Below, piece after piece: positions 11,770-25,389 of a DNA stretch of 64,000 bases. The notes below the pieces were generated by a model, which worked only from the letters and a program-made list of their open reading frames with translations, made no database searches and was not told the DNA's origin. A program made the translations under genes and the position numbers. Position 1 is the first letter of the stretch, and the number at the start of each line of letters is the position of its first letter. This DNA is from Sphaerodactylus townsendi (lineage: Eukaryota): NCBI RefSeq assembly GCF_021028975.2, contig NC_059439.1, forward strand, positions 30,318,001-30,382,000. The letters are read 5' to 3'.

Positions 11770-12274
11770 GAGCAAAGTAACGCCAGCATTTCTCTACCTT
11801 CTTCTCTGCTGCAGATCTCTTGACAACCAGTGGCTGAAGGAAGGACCCCTGCGGAGGAAATCCCCTCACTCTCTCTGAACTCCAGCCCCTGAGCTGTTGC
11901 TCGCTCCTTGAACAAGAATGGCAGGTTGATGAAATGAGATGGAGGCTACGCGTTGAAGCTCGGGAGTGCCCTGCAGTTGCATGACAGACAGAAAACCAAC
12001 AGGTGAAGGATTTTCCCTCAACGCAGTGCATACAGAAACATGTTTTGGAAAAGTCCTCCGTGTTGTTTTTTTCCAGATCCACAGCACAACTGCTTCTGCA
12101 TCTATCCGCTTCCTATACCTACAATAGCAAATCAAAGATTGGAATAGCACACTTGTGCTGCTCCGAAGAGGTACACTTAACTAAGGATGAATGAATCTCT
12201 GTGGGTGTGTCCGGGTGGGTGGGTGGGGGTGTTCTTCCCCCTTCCTGACCTTCAAACACGCTATTATGCACATA

Positions 12275-12507
12275 CCGTGTTTCCCCGAAAATAAGATAGT
12301 GACTTATATTAATTTTTGCTCCCAAAAGATGTGCTATGTCTTATTTTCAGGGGATGTCTTATTTTTCTGTGTTCTGTTCGTCGGGCATGCTTCCAAACAA
12401 AAACGTTGCTACATCTTACTTTCGGGGGTTGACTTATATTTCGCACTTCAGCAAACCCTCTACTATGACTTATTTTCAGGGGATGTCTTATATTTGGGGA
12501 AACAGAG
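12275..12507. mobile_element. Tc1/mariner-superfamily (Tc2-like) MITE
   Basis: TIR CCGTGTTTCCCCGAAAATAAGA flanked by TA. Other copies at 14094-14325 (inside a palindromic MITE) and 53622-53853 (TA on both sides). Confidence 0.82.
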
Positions 12508-13980
12508 TATCCATCCCTAAATTGTACATTTACCCACGTCTCTAAATATCCCTCTGTTATTCTTTCACAGTTAGCAACTACGCTGTGCTTTGGGATGATA
12601 AACAAAGGGAACGCTTTCTGCTCCTGTTGTGCCTGATGTATTCATCCCTCAGTATCACTTGTCTGTTTATGAATATGCATCACTCCCTCCTTTGAAGCAG
12701 TAGCAGAAGAAAAATTTGCTGTCTTTGTGCTTCCATATTATTCCAGATGCACCCTGGAGCGCACTGAGAAAATAAAGGGTGCACCAGCAGAAAAGATATG
12801 GGGTGCCGTGTAGATTTAAAGTGCAGGGCCCTAAACCCTGGGAAAACCCCTAAGAATCCCGATTAGACAATGGTGCTTGTGAATAAGGTGAAAGGCGGAA
12901 GCTGTGAGCATATCTGTACTATACATTTCAGTTGGTTTTTACACCAGGGCATCTGAAGTATCTTCCCACAAAGAGCCCCAGAAACTGGCAAAAACCTGAA
13001 CTCTGAACTCCCAAACAGGACAATATTTGCAAGTTCCTTGGTGAGGCATGAACTGTAAGAGATTTGTCATATGGTCATGCTATACCCAACCCTAAAAATA
13101 ATTATTCGGACATCCCGAAGCTCAAAACAATATTTGCAATCCTTTAAATAGCCTATAAACATGTCCCCTTGCTTGTACCAAGAAAATTTCAATAAATGCC
13201 GTCACGGATAGCCACAGTGATTCTTCTAGGGGCAGTAAAAGTATAGTCACTAACCCAGACAATTTGGTTCCAAAGGACCAATACAGCCGCATCTTTTGGT
13301 ACAGCTTTGTGAGGTGGTCTGTTCAGATACAGTTTGCGGATGTATCTTCTGCATCAGGCAAGATTACAATGCAATAAATGAGTTAGTCTTTAGGGTGCCA
13401 CAGGACTCTTGATCTTTGCTATTGAGGTTGGAAATTATTTTGGAAGAACTCGTCCCCTGGGTGTGGGGAGGTTTTTCCCCTGTAATTTTCCACAGTGCAA
13501 AAGGATGGGCATTTCAGCTTTCATTTCCCGTCAGCAAAAGTGAAAATACTTGGAAGTCACGCTTGCTTTTACCTAGAAACCACAGGATTCTTTCACCCAT
13601 GCAGTCTCTTCCAAGTGGAAGGTTTTTCAGAACCTTTGGAGATGTAGAGTTTCCTTTTTAAACACCAGCTGGGGGAAACAGACAGAGCTGGGGCTTTAAG
13701 GAGAATTCTGGCAGGCAGAGAAAGAAGTAGAGTCAAAAGCACTGCTCCAGATTCCAAATGCTCCATCTGGGTTGCAGTTTTCTATTGTTTTTCCCTGCTT
13801 TCAAGAAAAGGGATAAGGTAGAGAAGGAAAGCTACCTTTTTCTCCAAGGGAATCGATCTCTGCAGTCTGTTTTAATTCTGGAAGGCCTCTATCCCCACCT
13901 GGTGGCTGGAAACACTAAGGACAGCTTGTGATTAGAAAGCACACATAAAAGACACTTCTGAATTCTGTCACACTCTAAAG

Positions 13981-14362
13981 CAGGGGTCTGCAACCTGCGG
14001 CTCTCCAGATGTTCATGGACTACAATTCCCATCAGCCCCTGCCAGCATGGCCAATTGGTCATGCTGGCAGGGGATGATGGGATTTGTAGTCCACCGTGTT
14101 TCCCCGAAAACAAGACAGTGTCTTATATTAATTTTTGCTCCCAAAGATGCGCTATGTCTTATTTTAAGGGGATGTCTTATTTTTCTGTGTTCTGTTTGTC
14201 GGGCATGCTTCCAAACAAAAACTTTGCTACGTCTTACTTTCGGGGGATGCCTTATATTTCGCACTTCAGCAAAACCTCTACTATGTCTTATTTTCAGGGG
14301 GTGTCCTATATTCGGGGAAACAGGGTATGAACATCTGGAGAGCTGTAGGTTGCAGACCCCTG
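13981..14362. mobile_element. Palindromic hAT-type MITE interrupted by a Tc2-like MITE (14094-14325)
   Basis: Arms CAGGGGTCTGCAACC...GGTTGCAGACCCCTG resume after the insertion. Confidence 0.82.
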
Positions 14363-14725
14363 CTGTAAAGTGACCAAAAAAACAGAACTCAGGACGGGGC
14401 TATATAAACGAGGCAACTCAAGTTCTCAGTGGTTTCCATCTGCATCTGTGGGTCGCAAATGATTCATGCAATGCACAGGTCTTTTCTGTAACTCACCTCC
14501 CCCCCCCCCCCGCCCCCAAATCAGGTATTTTGTTAGTTACAAAAATGAGTCTCCAATACGGTTTTCTACAGACAAATTCTTAAGCACCTTTAATTAACAT
14601 GTTCAAGGCATTCCTGACCACGGACTTTCCAGCTCATGGGTCTGAGATTAACTGAGATTCATGCCAGAAGGGTCCCGGCTCTCCTTTCCTCATCCCCACC
14701 CCTCCCGTTGCCCAAGAATCATATC

Positions 14726-15080
14726 CAGTGGTGGGATCCAAAAATTTTAGTAACAAGTTCCCATGGTGGGCGGGGCCTTCCGGGGGCGTGGGCGGGCCTT
14801 CCGGGGGCAGGGCATTCCTAGGCGGGGCTGTGGCAAGGACGCAGCCGCTGCACCGGTCCTTGGGCGGGAAACGAATGCACGCAGGCGCAGGCTGCCACGC
14901 ACGCCGGTGCACCTCCTGCTAGACTGCTTCAAGTTCTGCGCACTACTGCTGAGAGGAGGGGCGTAACTGAGGCAAAAATCACATGGCAAAATCCCCAATT
15001 AGTAACCCCCTCTCGGCACACACAAATAATTAGTAACCTACTCTCGGGAACCTGTGAGAACCTGCTGGATCCCACCTCTG
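14726..15080. mobile_element. Non-autonomous hAT element (same family as 6064-6456)
   Basis: Same TIRs and internal sequence; the TSD is degenerate. Confidence 0.82.
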
Positions 15081-17570
15081 AATATCCGGTCATTAATTCA
15101 AACTTATTCAAATGCATCAGGCTCAAGCATTTTTCCCACAATGGCCACAAGACTCATTCGAAAGATCCCAGCGGACAAAATTCTCCTGCAAATGAATAAT
15201 CCAACCAGGATTCCAACCCCTTTCTCCATTCCAACGCAGGTCTTGAGCGTAACGGGATTTCCCCTCTATTTCATCTTCTGCATGTCGACTCTCAAATGAA
15301 TTTCCTACGATTAAATCAGCAGTTTCCAAACAGTGGAGAAAAAGTTAGAAGGTATATTTCATGAAATCCTACTTCCAGCCTGTCATTTTCAAGGTGTAAG
15401 AATGCAATTAAAGATATGAGCTCGTTTGCGATTCCCTCTGCCTTCTTCCAGTTTGGGGGACTAGCCATTCTTCTCAGTTTTCAAAAAGATCATTAAAAAA
15501 AATTAAGACAGGGGTGCTTTGATTTTCATTGCAAAGTTGAAAGGCCCAAAACCACTTCCTCGTCCTCACATCCTTCGCTCACAGATAATGGATGATTCCA
15601 AAGGAATGTCCTGATTTCTTTGTGGTGCTCAAGCTCACCTCTGTGGTAAAATAAAGGGGAGTGGTTAGGGTGCAAACTCTGAACTCAGAACCATTCACCG
15701 CACACAAAAACGGCAGGATTGTAGTTAATTTACTATTTTTTAAATTCCACCTTTCCTCTAATGAGCTCAGGGCAGCCTGCATTCATACAACACAGGATTT
15801 TATCTCATGAGGTAGGTTAAACAGAGAGACAGAGAGGCACAAGATTTTTTTTCAGTGAGTTTCACAGCAAAGCCAGGATTTAAACTTGGTTCTAACCACA
15901 GTCAACCTCCCTGCACTACACTGGCTCTTGTCATATAGAAGAAGGAGGAGGAGGAGGAGGAGTTTGGATTTATATCCCCCCTTTCTCTCCTGTAGGAGAC
16001 TCAAAGGGGCTTACAATCTCCTTGCCCTTCCCCGCCCTCACAACAAACACCCTGTGAGGTAGGTGGGGCTGAGAGAGCTCCGAAAAGCTGTGACTAGCCC
16101 AAGGTCACCCAGCTGGCGTGTGTGGGAGTGCACAGGCTAATCCGAATTCCCCAGATAAGCCTCCACAGCTCAGGCGGCAGAGCGGCCAATCAAACCCAGT
16201 TCCTCCAGATTAGAACGCACCTGCTCTTAACCACAACGCCACTGCAGAATGTGACAGTAGCCCAAAAGGATGTGTTTGTGGTCTTTATGGTAGCAGAGCA
16301 TGTAGTGAATACCAGGTGGTAGAAGAACTGCAGAATCATATTTCCGTCAGACTTTAGTGTTCCCACCAGATCTGCACCCCATTCTTTACGAGCAGCATCC
16401 AATCCTGGTTTCTGGGGAGGACATTTACTCCAGTTAACCCACACGCCTGCATTCATACAACACAGGATCCTCCACACAAAAAGTGACAAGCACAAACAGG
16501 CCTGACAGCAAACGGAGATTGTGCATATGTTAGCTGAAGTGCATGTTTTAGCTTATACAGATGTCTGAATGCTACCCTAAGTTCAAATTCGGAGTCATGA
16601 ACCATACTGGGTAGCCCTGAGTAAAAAAACCAGTCCAAACCCACCTGACCACTTTCAGCGAGAGGACAGCAAAAGCCTACACTTCCAAGATCTCTGAAGG
16701 AATATGAGGATATAAATGCATTTGATAAATGCATAGACCTTCAGATTTTCCCAACAGCCCTCACTTTTGCTCCCAAGAATCAGAGGTGTATTTGATAGGG
16801 TGGTGTACCACTTTTGACTGGCTGCCAGGTGCTGACTCTGGAGAGAAGACCCCTGCATCCAAATCCCGTGAATACCAACCACATTTCCATCACACTTTGG
16901 CAGGTCAGAATGACGGGTTTCCTTTTTTTGAGGCAGTTAAAGCAATGTTATCTGACTTTCACCTAACCGTAGCCTATTAGAATTTAGGACCAATGATCTG
17001 AGGTAGTTCACGGAATACTCCAGGAGCTAGACAGATATCAATGAGGCCTGATCTTGGGGAAAATTTCAGCAGCAGAATATGATGTAGTCCTAGAACAGGG
17101 GGAAATCTGGAGGAACGTTTCCAGAGATGGAATTAACAGGTTATGAGTCAACAGACCAGAAACAGTCTTATAAGGTGGATATGCCAATGCTAATGAGAAC
17201 CACAAAACAAATCTAACGTTTTAACTAAAGCAGGTCTCAGGGTTTATGTGCAAGATTAGGTTGAAGCATCAGATTTAGGGCTAGGAAGTGACCATTTTGA
17301 CTGGATACCATTTGACAGATGCTTAAAAAACAGAGTTTCACTGGAAGGCCTTTTCTCTTCGGATTGTGGTCAGGGATAAGGCAGAGACGGATCAGCTGGT
17401 ACTCAAACGTGGTCAGACTCCACAAGAAGGATTTCTTATTTGGCCACACGCAATCAGGACAGAGGAAGCAAAGTTTTTGGTGTTTGAAAAAGGCCAAACT
17501 CAGGAGGCAGAACGTCCTGTTTTCCTCCCTAACTCCCACCCACCCAGGGTCAGAGTTCAGAAACCACATG

Positions 17571-19951
17571 TCAGGAAGTCAGGTGGGTGCGCTGGTGTTT
17601 GGAGAAAGCCGAACTCCACCGGAAGGATTTCCCACAAGCGCCACAGACGTATGGGCGTGTGCCCGCATGTTGGTGCTGGTGTTCAGCCAGGTTACCGCGC
17701 TGCCGAAAGCTCTTGCCACAGACCGGGCAGCGGTAAGGCCTTTCAGCCGTGTGAACGCGCCGGTGCTTGACCAGGTGCGAGTTCTGGGTGAAGGATTTGC
17801 CACAGGAGGCACACACATAAGGTCTCTCGCCCGTGTGGGTTCGCTGGTGCTGGATGAGGTTGGAGCTCTGCCGGAAGCCTTTCCCGCACTCGGTGCATCG
17901 GAAAGGGCGGGCGCCCGTGTGGGTGGCCTGGTGCTTGGCTAAGTAGGAGCCCAGGGCAAACGCCTTGCCGCAGATGGCGCAGTGGTGGGCCTTGCCGGGG
18001 GCATGTGTGCGCCGGTGCTCGGCCAGGTTGGAACTCTGGCTGAAGATTTTGCCACACTCGGGGGGGGGCGCAGATGGTTTCTCGCCTGTGTGGGTCACCT
18101 GATGCCGCAGGAGCTTCGAGCTCTGGGCGAAGCCCTTGCCGCACTCCGGGCACTTATAAGGGCGCTCTGCTGGGTGGCAGATGCGTCGGTGTTCAGTAAG
18201 CCTGCAGCGCCACACAAAGGTCTCCCTGCACTGAGGGCACCGGGCTGGAGGATCCCGTCGATGCTGCCGCAGCCCCGAAAGCAGCACGAAGCCCTTGCCG
18301 CACGCCGGGCACCGGAAAGGCCTCTCTTCGCCCAAGTGGCGTCTTTGGTGCCTCCCGAGTTTGCCGCTGTCGGGAAAGTGTTCGCCACACGTCGGGCAGC
18401 GGTAGGCGTCATCGTCCGACATGTGGATGCGCTCGTGCGCCGCCAGCGTAGCAAAGAGGGCAAAGGTCTTGCCGCAGGCTGTGCAGGCGTACGGCTTGTC
18501 CAAGGCGGCCTCTGCGGCGCGAGATGCGAGCTCTGAGTTGTCAGGGAGTGTTTCGACACGCAGCTGGGATCTTTTGTCCGCCCTGTGGCTCAGCTTGTGC
18601 ATCACAAGATCTGTGGTCTCAGAAAAACAAGAACTGCAAACGGAGCATTTGTAAGGTTTCTCTTCCTTGCCTGCCTTGTCACAGGGGCTCAACTGGTGAA
18701 GGGCTAGTTCTTCGCTCTCAGGAAATGCTTCTTCACACTGGAGGCAGTTGTGAGAATCCTCAAGCAGGGTGTGTGTAATCATATCAGTGGCCTCAGTAAA
18801 GCTGGTCCTACTCTCCGCGTTCTCCAAAGGCTCCTCCTGGCCTCCGTGGTTGCTTTGGTGTTGCTCCAATTCAGAACTACTGGGGAAGTTCTCTCCACAT
18901 TGGTGGCAGTAGTGGGATACCCCTCCACAGTGTATTTGCTGGTGTATCTCGAGAGCAGAGCTTTCAGAAAAACAAGCATAACAGTCTAGGCATTTGTGGG
19001 GTTTCTCTTCTACGTGATGACTTGTCACACGGGCCGCCAGTTCTCTATTGTCCGGGAAGGTTTCTCCACGCTGAAGGCAGTCCTCAGGGACCTCAGTCAT
19101 GTGGGTCCTCTGATGGGCAGCGAGGGCAGAACTCTGGCTGAAACCCTCCCCGCATTCAGGGCACACACAGGTTTTCTTTTCCTCCCCCTTTGTCTGATCA
19201 TGATATTGCCCAGCTAGATCTGAGTCCTCGGGGGAAGCTTTTGCAACTTGCCGGATGCTCGGAGGCGCACCTGAAAGGGGAACGGGCGGGCACAGATTTG
19301 CCACAGCGTTTCCCCAACTGCTCCCGTTAGTGCGGTGGTTGCGCACATGCTTCGCGAGGTCGGAGCTGACGCCAAAGCAGCGACCGCATTCCTTGCAGCA
19401 GTAGGGTTTCTCGCCAGTGTGAGTCCGCCGGTGCGTGACAAGAGTGGATTTGCGCCCAAAGCATTTCCCGCAGTCAGGGCAAGCGTGGGGGCGTTCGCCC
19501 GAGTGCGTGCGCAAGTGGTGAGCCAAGGTGGAGCTTTGCGAGAAACGGGCCCCGCACTGGTGGCACCGGAAGGGCTTCTCTCCTGTGTGAACCCGCTGAT
19601 GTTCAGCCAGCGTAGAGCCACGGGCAAAGCGCTTCCCGCACTCGCCGCATGCGTGGGGCCGGCGTCCCCCGTGCGCCTTCAGGTGTTCTGCTAACGAGGA
19701 GCTCCAGCTGAACCCACGGCCACATTCGGAGCACCGGAACGGGCGCTCCCCCGTGTGAATCCGCTGATGTTTCACCAGGTTCGAACTCTGGGCGAATCCC
19801 TTACCGCACTCTGAACAACTGAACCGACGAGGGTCTGGCCCCCTTGAAGCAGCAGATCCGGCATTCTTCTCCAAAGACCACTCACAGCTCTCCGGGCAAG
19901 AAGCCTCTTCATCCTCTACTTCCTCCTCTTCCCCACTTGATGAGCCAGAGC
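17571..19951 (-). CDS. Terminal exon of a poly-C2H2 zinc-finger gene (about 25 finger units, about 19 intact)
   Basis: Long ORF with CxxC..HxxxH fingers and TGEKP/TGERP linkers. Acceptor ttccagcag gives an exon start at 19951 (phase 1, [16 protein letters not shown]..); the stop TGA is at 17571. Confidence 0.95.
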
Positions 19952-20109
19952 CTGCTGGAAGAATGGAAGATAAGCTATAATTAAATCTCCCGTTTGGTGA
20001 CTGGCGTAAGTCATATTATACAGCATGACCTATAACCAAGGAGAACAGCAATGCTATACTAAGTAGAGTCACTCCCTTCTAAGTCCATTGAAGACAAAAG
20101 ACATAAAAC

Positions 20110-20740
20110 TTGGAGTACTGTGTTCAGTTCTGGTCGCCACATCTCAAAAAGGATATTGAAGAGATAGAAAAAGTGCAGAGAAGGGCAACGAGGATGATTG
20201 AGGGACTGGAGCACCTTCCTTATGAGGAGAGGCTGCAGCGTTTGGGACTCTTTAGCTTGGAGAGGAGACGTCTGAGGGGAGATATGATTGAAGTCTATAA
20301 AATTATGCATGGGGTAGAAAATGTTGACAGAGAGAAATTTTTCTCTCTTTCTCACAATACTAGAACCAGGGGGCATACATTGAAAATGCTGGGGGGAATT
20401 AGGACTAATAAAAGGAAACACTTCTTCACGCAACGTGTGATTGGTGTTTGGAATATGCTACCACAGGAGGTGGTGATGGCCACTAACCTGGATAGCTTTC
20501 AAAGGGGCTTGGACAGATTTATGGAGAGAAGTCGATTTATGGCTACCAATCTTGATCCTCTTTGATCTGAGATTGCAAATGCCTTAACAGTCCGGTGCTC
20601 AGGAGCAACAGCCGCAGAAGGCCATTGCTTTCACATCCTGCATGTGAGCTCCCAAAGGCACCTGGTGGGCCACTGCGAGTAGCAGAGAGCTGGACTAGAT
20701 GGACTCTGGTCTGATCCAGCTGGCTTGTTCTTATGTTCTT
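20110..20740 (+). mobile_element. CR1 LINE 3' fragment
   Basis: [16 protein letters not shown].. ORF2 end and TTCTTATGTTCTT tail. Confidence 0.92.
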
Positions 20741-22421
20741 AAAAGAGTATAACTCTGCTTTAGGATAGCACTACGAATTTCAGGTCTCGCTCATTTAGTG
20801 GCCTTGGGGGAAGTCACAGTAACTATTTGCAGGGATGCTGAGAAGATGTGAGATGAGGCTGCTTTCCAGAGCACTTGGTAATATTTTAAGAAGTAACGTA
20901 GTGGTTAAGAGCAGGTGGATTCTAATCTGGAGAACCGGGTTTGATTCCTCACTCCTTCACCTGGGTGGCAGAGGCTTATCTGGTGAACCAGATGTGTTTC
21001 TGCACTCCTACATTCCTGCTGGGTCACCTTGAGCTAGTCACAGTTCTCCCTGAACTCTCTCCGCCTCACCTGCCTCACAAGGTGTCTGTTGTGGGGAGAG
21101 GAAGGGAAAGGAGCTTGTAACCCTCGAGTCTCCTTATAGGAGAGAAAGGTGGGGTATAAATCCAAACTCTTCTGCTTCTTCTAATAGATGCCTAATTGTA
21201 TCAGATTTAATTAATTTATGAGTTTCACCCTATAGACTTTGCATAGTTCGGGGTTAGCTGATTGTTTGGTGGCAACACTCTTATATAGATCCATGCATCA
21301 GTTACATTCCTCTTACCAATAACATCTGATTGCAATATCAGCTGGAAGCTGCATATTAATATTGGAGTTTGTACTCTATGGACTGGAAAAGTTGTATTTC
21401 CCATTTTTGTGCTGTATATTGTTTTGATCGATCTATGCTGATCAACAACAACCACACAACCTTTATTAGGCATTTAAAATAGAGTGTTACCAGACATTTA
21501 TAAAGTACAAATCAAAGAGTACGTTCGAAACGCGGACAGAAAGACTGTATGTAGCAGTATACAAGTTCTGTCACTTGTGAGAGAAGTGTTGCTACTTTTT
21601 CCAAGAGCATGACATCTGTATTGTTCGCTTACCATATAAATCGGCAACCAGCCATGATCTTAAAAGGAAACATCTTAAAATAACTAAAACGAAATCGTCA
21701 GACTCCAATTTGCAAAATAAGGATAATGCTACTGGCTACCTAACAGGGCGATTGCTGTCATAAGAACTGTCCAAAATTCTTTATTTTGTATTATTTTGTC
21801 AATTTTATATCCAGAGGGGCTCTGGGCGGGTTTCACAATGTTTTATTAAAATATGCATGGAAAAATGGATGTGACTTATGAAGAGGCAAGATAAACGGGC
21901 AAAGCAGAAGTCTTCCGTTTGTGACAATAGCCCCCTGCTCCGCTTCTTCAAACACACACACGCACATTTCTTTAAACAGTATTTAGACAAGCTGTACAAT
22001 CTTCTTTTTGCATAAGTGTTTGTGCACGGAATACACATGGAGAAGGGAACAGGTTTAAGGACAGGGACCAGCGGTGGGATTCAGCCGGTTCGCACCACTT
22101 CGGCAGAACCGGATGTTAAAATGGTGCTTATAAACAACCAGTTGTTAAATTATTTGAATCCCACCGCCGGAACCGCTTGTTAAATTATTTGAATCCCACC
22201 ACGGACTGGGACCCTTGACTGGTAAGAAGTGAGCCATGGATGCTATGCTCATATAGGCATATATGGACCCCTGCCCTCCGCAGACTGGAAGCACCAGTAG
22301 GTTAATGCTGTTGCAACTGATCGTAGTAGACCTAGCAACGCTTGTGATTTTCAAAGCACTGTGCAAACACGGGCAGAGCTTCCCTTCGCTGCAATGAGGC
22401 CAACAAATCCGGATTCCCCAC

Positions 22422-22522
22422 CTGCTTTGACAACGGTCAGCTCTTGCCTCTCTCCTGGGTCGGGCAGCTGCAGCTCATCCCCTGGTTCCATCCAGGAAAA
22501 ATGCGGTTCAGCCACAGGAAAC
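22422..22522 (-). CDS. Internal exon of the - strand ZNF gene, KRAB-B-like
   Basis: AG/GT-bounded 101-bp exon FPVAEPHFSWMEPGDELQLPDP..; its phase-1 end joins in frame to the finger exon. Confidence 0.65.
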
Positions 22523-22658
22523 CTAAAGAACAAGCCGTTGACACCCAGGTATGATACAAGCTACATAGATACCGACTTTAAAAAAATGAAGGCTGGCCAA
22601 ACACCCCTAAGGACCTTTTCACAAGTGACTATATAGAAAGCATGTCCCCCCCCCTCAT

Positions 22659-23319
22659 CAGTGGCGTATCTGCCTATGGACAAGGGGTACCCCTTGTCCC
22701 CGGGCGCCACTCTTCTGGTCATGTGGGGGGTGCAAAATCGGTCTCCCACGTGACCAGGAAGTCCTGCTGTCTCGTCGTTTTTCACGAGCCTCGACCCCGT
22801 CCAAGGCACACAAAAACGACAAGGCAGCAGGAAGTCCTCCAAACACCCTCAACCCTGCCCTGTGCTCCCCCCTCCCTTCCTTTCCCCCTGCTGGCTGGGC
22901 TCCCAACCGGCAGCCTGACCTCCCCTCTGGGCAGGCCAGAAGAGACTGCAGTCCCGGCCTTGGATACCTTTTTTATAAGCACTGAGGCCGAGGGTGGGGC
23001 TTGGGGAGCAGGAAGTCCCACCCCTTCCTGCTCCCCAAGCCCCACCCCCAGTGCTTATAAAAGGTCTCCAAGGCTGGGACTGCAGTCTCTTCTGGCCTGC
23101 CCAGAGGGGATGTCAGAAGAGACTGCAGGCTGATGGCTGGGAGTCCAGTCGGCAGGGGGAGTCTGGGGGGAAGGTGGGTACCCTAGACCTTGCCCATGTC
23201 CATAGTGACATGGGTGGGGTCAAGGGTAGTGAGGGGCTGGCGTGGGGGGGGGGCAGAGCCTGGGGGGCGGCCTGGAGACAATTGGTCTCCAGGCGCCATT
23301 TACCCCTGATACGCCTCTG
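22659..23319. mobile_element. hAT-like non-autonomous element with a long internal palindrome centred near 23017
   Basis: TIRs CAGTGGCGTATC / GATACGCCTCTG; 8-bp flanks CCCCTCAT / CCCTTCGT (6/8 match); arms at about 22880-23015 and 23020-23160. Confidence 0.65.
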
Positions 23320-24189
23320 CCCTTCGTTATTTAATTTTTGCAACATCTGCAGGACGCCGGGTTCTGATGAGCTCAAAAGTGGACCACAGGCCTTTATTCC
23401 CCATTGTTTATTTATTTAGATTTTGGAACATTTTTTGTGCTGCCTTTCCACCCAACCGAGGGCCCTCTATGATAGGAAACAATCGCAATCATTAAAACAA
23501 CTTAAAAAAATATCATAAAAGCAATTTGAAACAGGAAGGAGCGTGAGTGAGGGAAAGCCAAACAACTATGATAATTTTTCATCCGCTGGCAGACGACAAG
23601 GGGGGGTCAGGTGAATTTCCTTTGGAGGCAATCCCATTATTTGGGTGCCACAACTGATAAGGCCCTTCCACAGGCTGCTGCTCATCCAGCCTCAGACAGC
23701 TTGGGCACTCAACTAAAGGCCCTTGAAGAGGATCTCAGCAAACAAGTAGGTTCACATGGGAGCAGGTGCTCTTCCAGGTATGTTGTATCAATGACAGCAA
23801 TGGCTTTAAAGGTCAATACAGCACCTTGAACTAATTATGTAAAACTAATCTAATTCTAATCTGGAGAACTGGGTTTGATTCCTCACTCCTCCACCTGAGT
23901 GGTGGATGCTTATCTGGTGAACCAGATGTGTTTCTGCACTCCTACCTTCCTGCTGGGTGACCTTGGGCTGGTTACAGTTCTCTCAGAACTCCCTCAGCCC
24001 CATCTACCTCAGGAGGAGTCTGTTGTAGGGAGAGGAAGGGAAAGGAGTTTGTAAGCCACCTTGAGTCTCCTTACAGGAGAGAAAGGGAGGATATAAATCC
24101 AAACTCTTCAATTTTTCTTCTTCTAAATGAACATAACAAGACAGATCTAGTGTAATTATAACAGAAGGGGAAACGAAGCAAGGTTTTAC

Positions 24190-24275
24190 CTTGTGTTGTC
24201 AGGATCCTCCTCCACAGGAAAGGGGTCATGGCTTCCACCTTCAACTGGGAAGCCAGGGTATGATATTGATTCCAC
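24190..24275 (-). CDS. Probable upstream exon of the - strand ZNF gene
   Basis: ccaagcag|GTG..ACAAG|gtaaaa; reads VESISYPGFPVEGGSHDPFPVEEDPDNT with a phase-2 end that matches the phase-2 start of 22422-22522. Confidence 0.5.
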
Positions 24276-25389
24276 CTGCTTGGAAGGAAGTGAGTTAGAT
24301 CAACGGCAGGAAAACAACACTGAATAATCCTTGCGCACTAGCAAGACAGCGGCCCCTTCCGCACATGCAGAATAATGCACTTTCAATCCACTTTCACAAT
24401 TATTTGCAAGTGGATTTTGCTATCCTGCACAGTAAAATCCAGCTGCAAAGTGCACTGAAAGTGGATTGAAAGTGCATTATTTTGGAGGTGCGGAAGGCAA
24501 GGAAGATTCCTCATGCCCACACAGATGGGGCACAACTTGGTGTATTGGAAGCCAAATTTTCTCCCCCTCAAGACACACAAAGACAAGCAAGCAGGTTGCA
24601 CAAGCAAGGCCATAAACACACATTCACACACACACACACACACACACAGGATAGCAAGGGGGGGGGGTGAAGACAGACAGCCATTCTATCATGCATTCAT
24701 CACCCGTTTGAACCTGATGTGAGACAGATGACTAGCAGTGTCATCCTGAACGTAAGCATGGCCTTCTAAATCCATTGAAGCCCACAGGTGCAGAGCGGTG
24801 CAGCTGTTTAGCATTGCACTGTAAGCCATACATGGATGGCAGAACTGGGTCATTTCTGTGAGGTGGGTGCCGGTACCTTAAGAGCAGGAACGTTGGGACG
24901 ACGGTGGCACTAGAGTTGCCGTGTTTTCCCCTAAACACTGATAGGGGATATGGAGACAGGGTTGCCAGATTCAGGGTGGGGAATTCCTGGAGATTTGGCA
25001 ATGGAGCCTGGAAAGGCCAGCGACCGCAGCGGAGTATAACGCGACTGAATCCACCCTCCAAAGGATCTCTTTTCTCTAGGAAACCGATCTGTGTAATCTG
25101 TAGTTCTAGGTGACCCCCGTCCCATCTGGAGTCTGGCACCTCTGCACAGAAGGTGTTACACCCAGGCAAAGACATCTTCTTTTCACAACGTAGGGAAGAG
25201 GAAACAGAATTCACGCGGGGCTTGCAGCTGGACCCCAGTGCCCCACAAGGCCCTCTGCCCCCCAGGGTCATCCCTTCCTCCCCAATCGGGGCCCCTCTCT
25301 GGACACTCCCTCTAGGAAACTTGGCATCTTCGTATTCTCCTCCTCCCAAAAGTGCCTGCTAGCTACATATCAGTCCCCAGGGCTGCCTG

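Noticed and set aside
18060-18080. Finger reading [10 protein letters not shown] as a novel finger type
   Set aside because: It sits on a G homopolymer; local degeneration or a sequencing error is more parsimonious.
17319-19694. Long + strand ORFs overlapping the zinc-finger exon (and - strand ORFs over the GPCR and 54.5-55.1 kb)
   Set aside because: Antisense shadows of GC-rich coding sequence.
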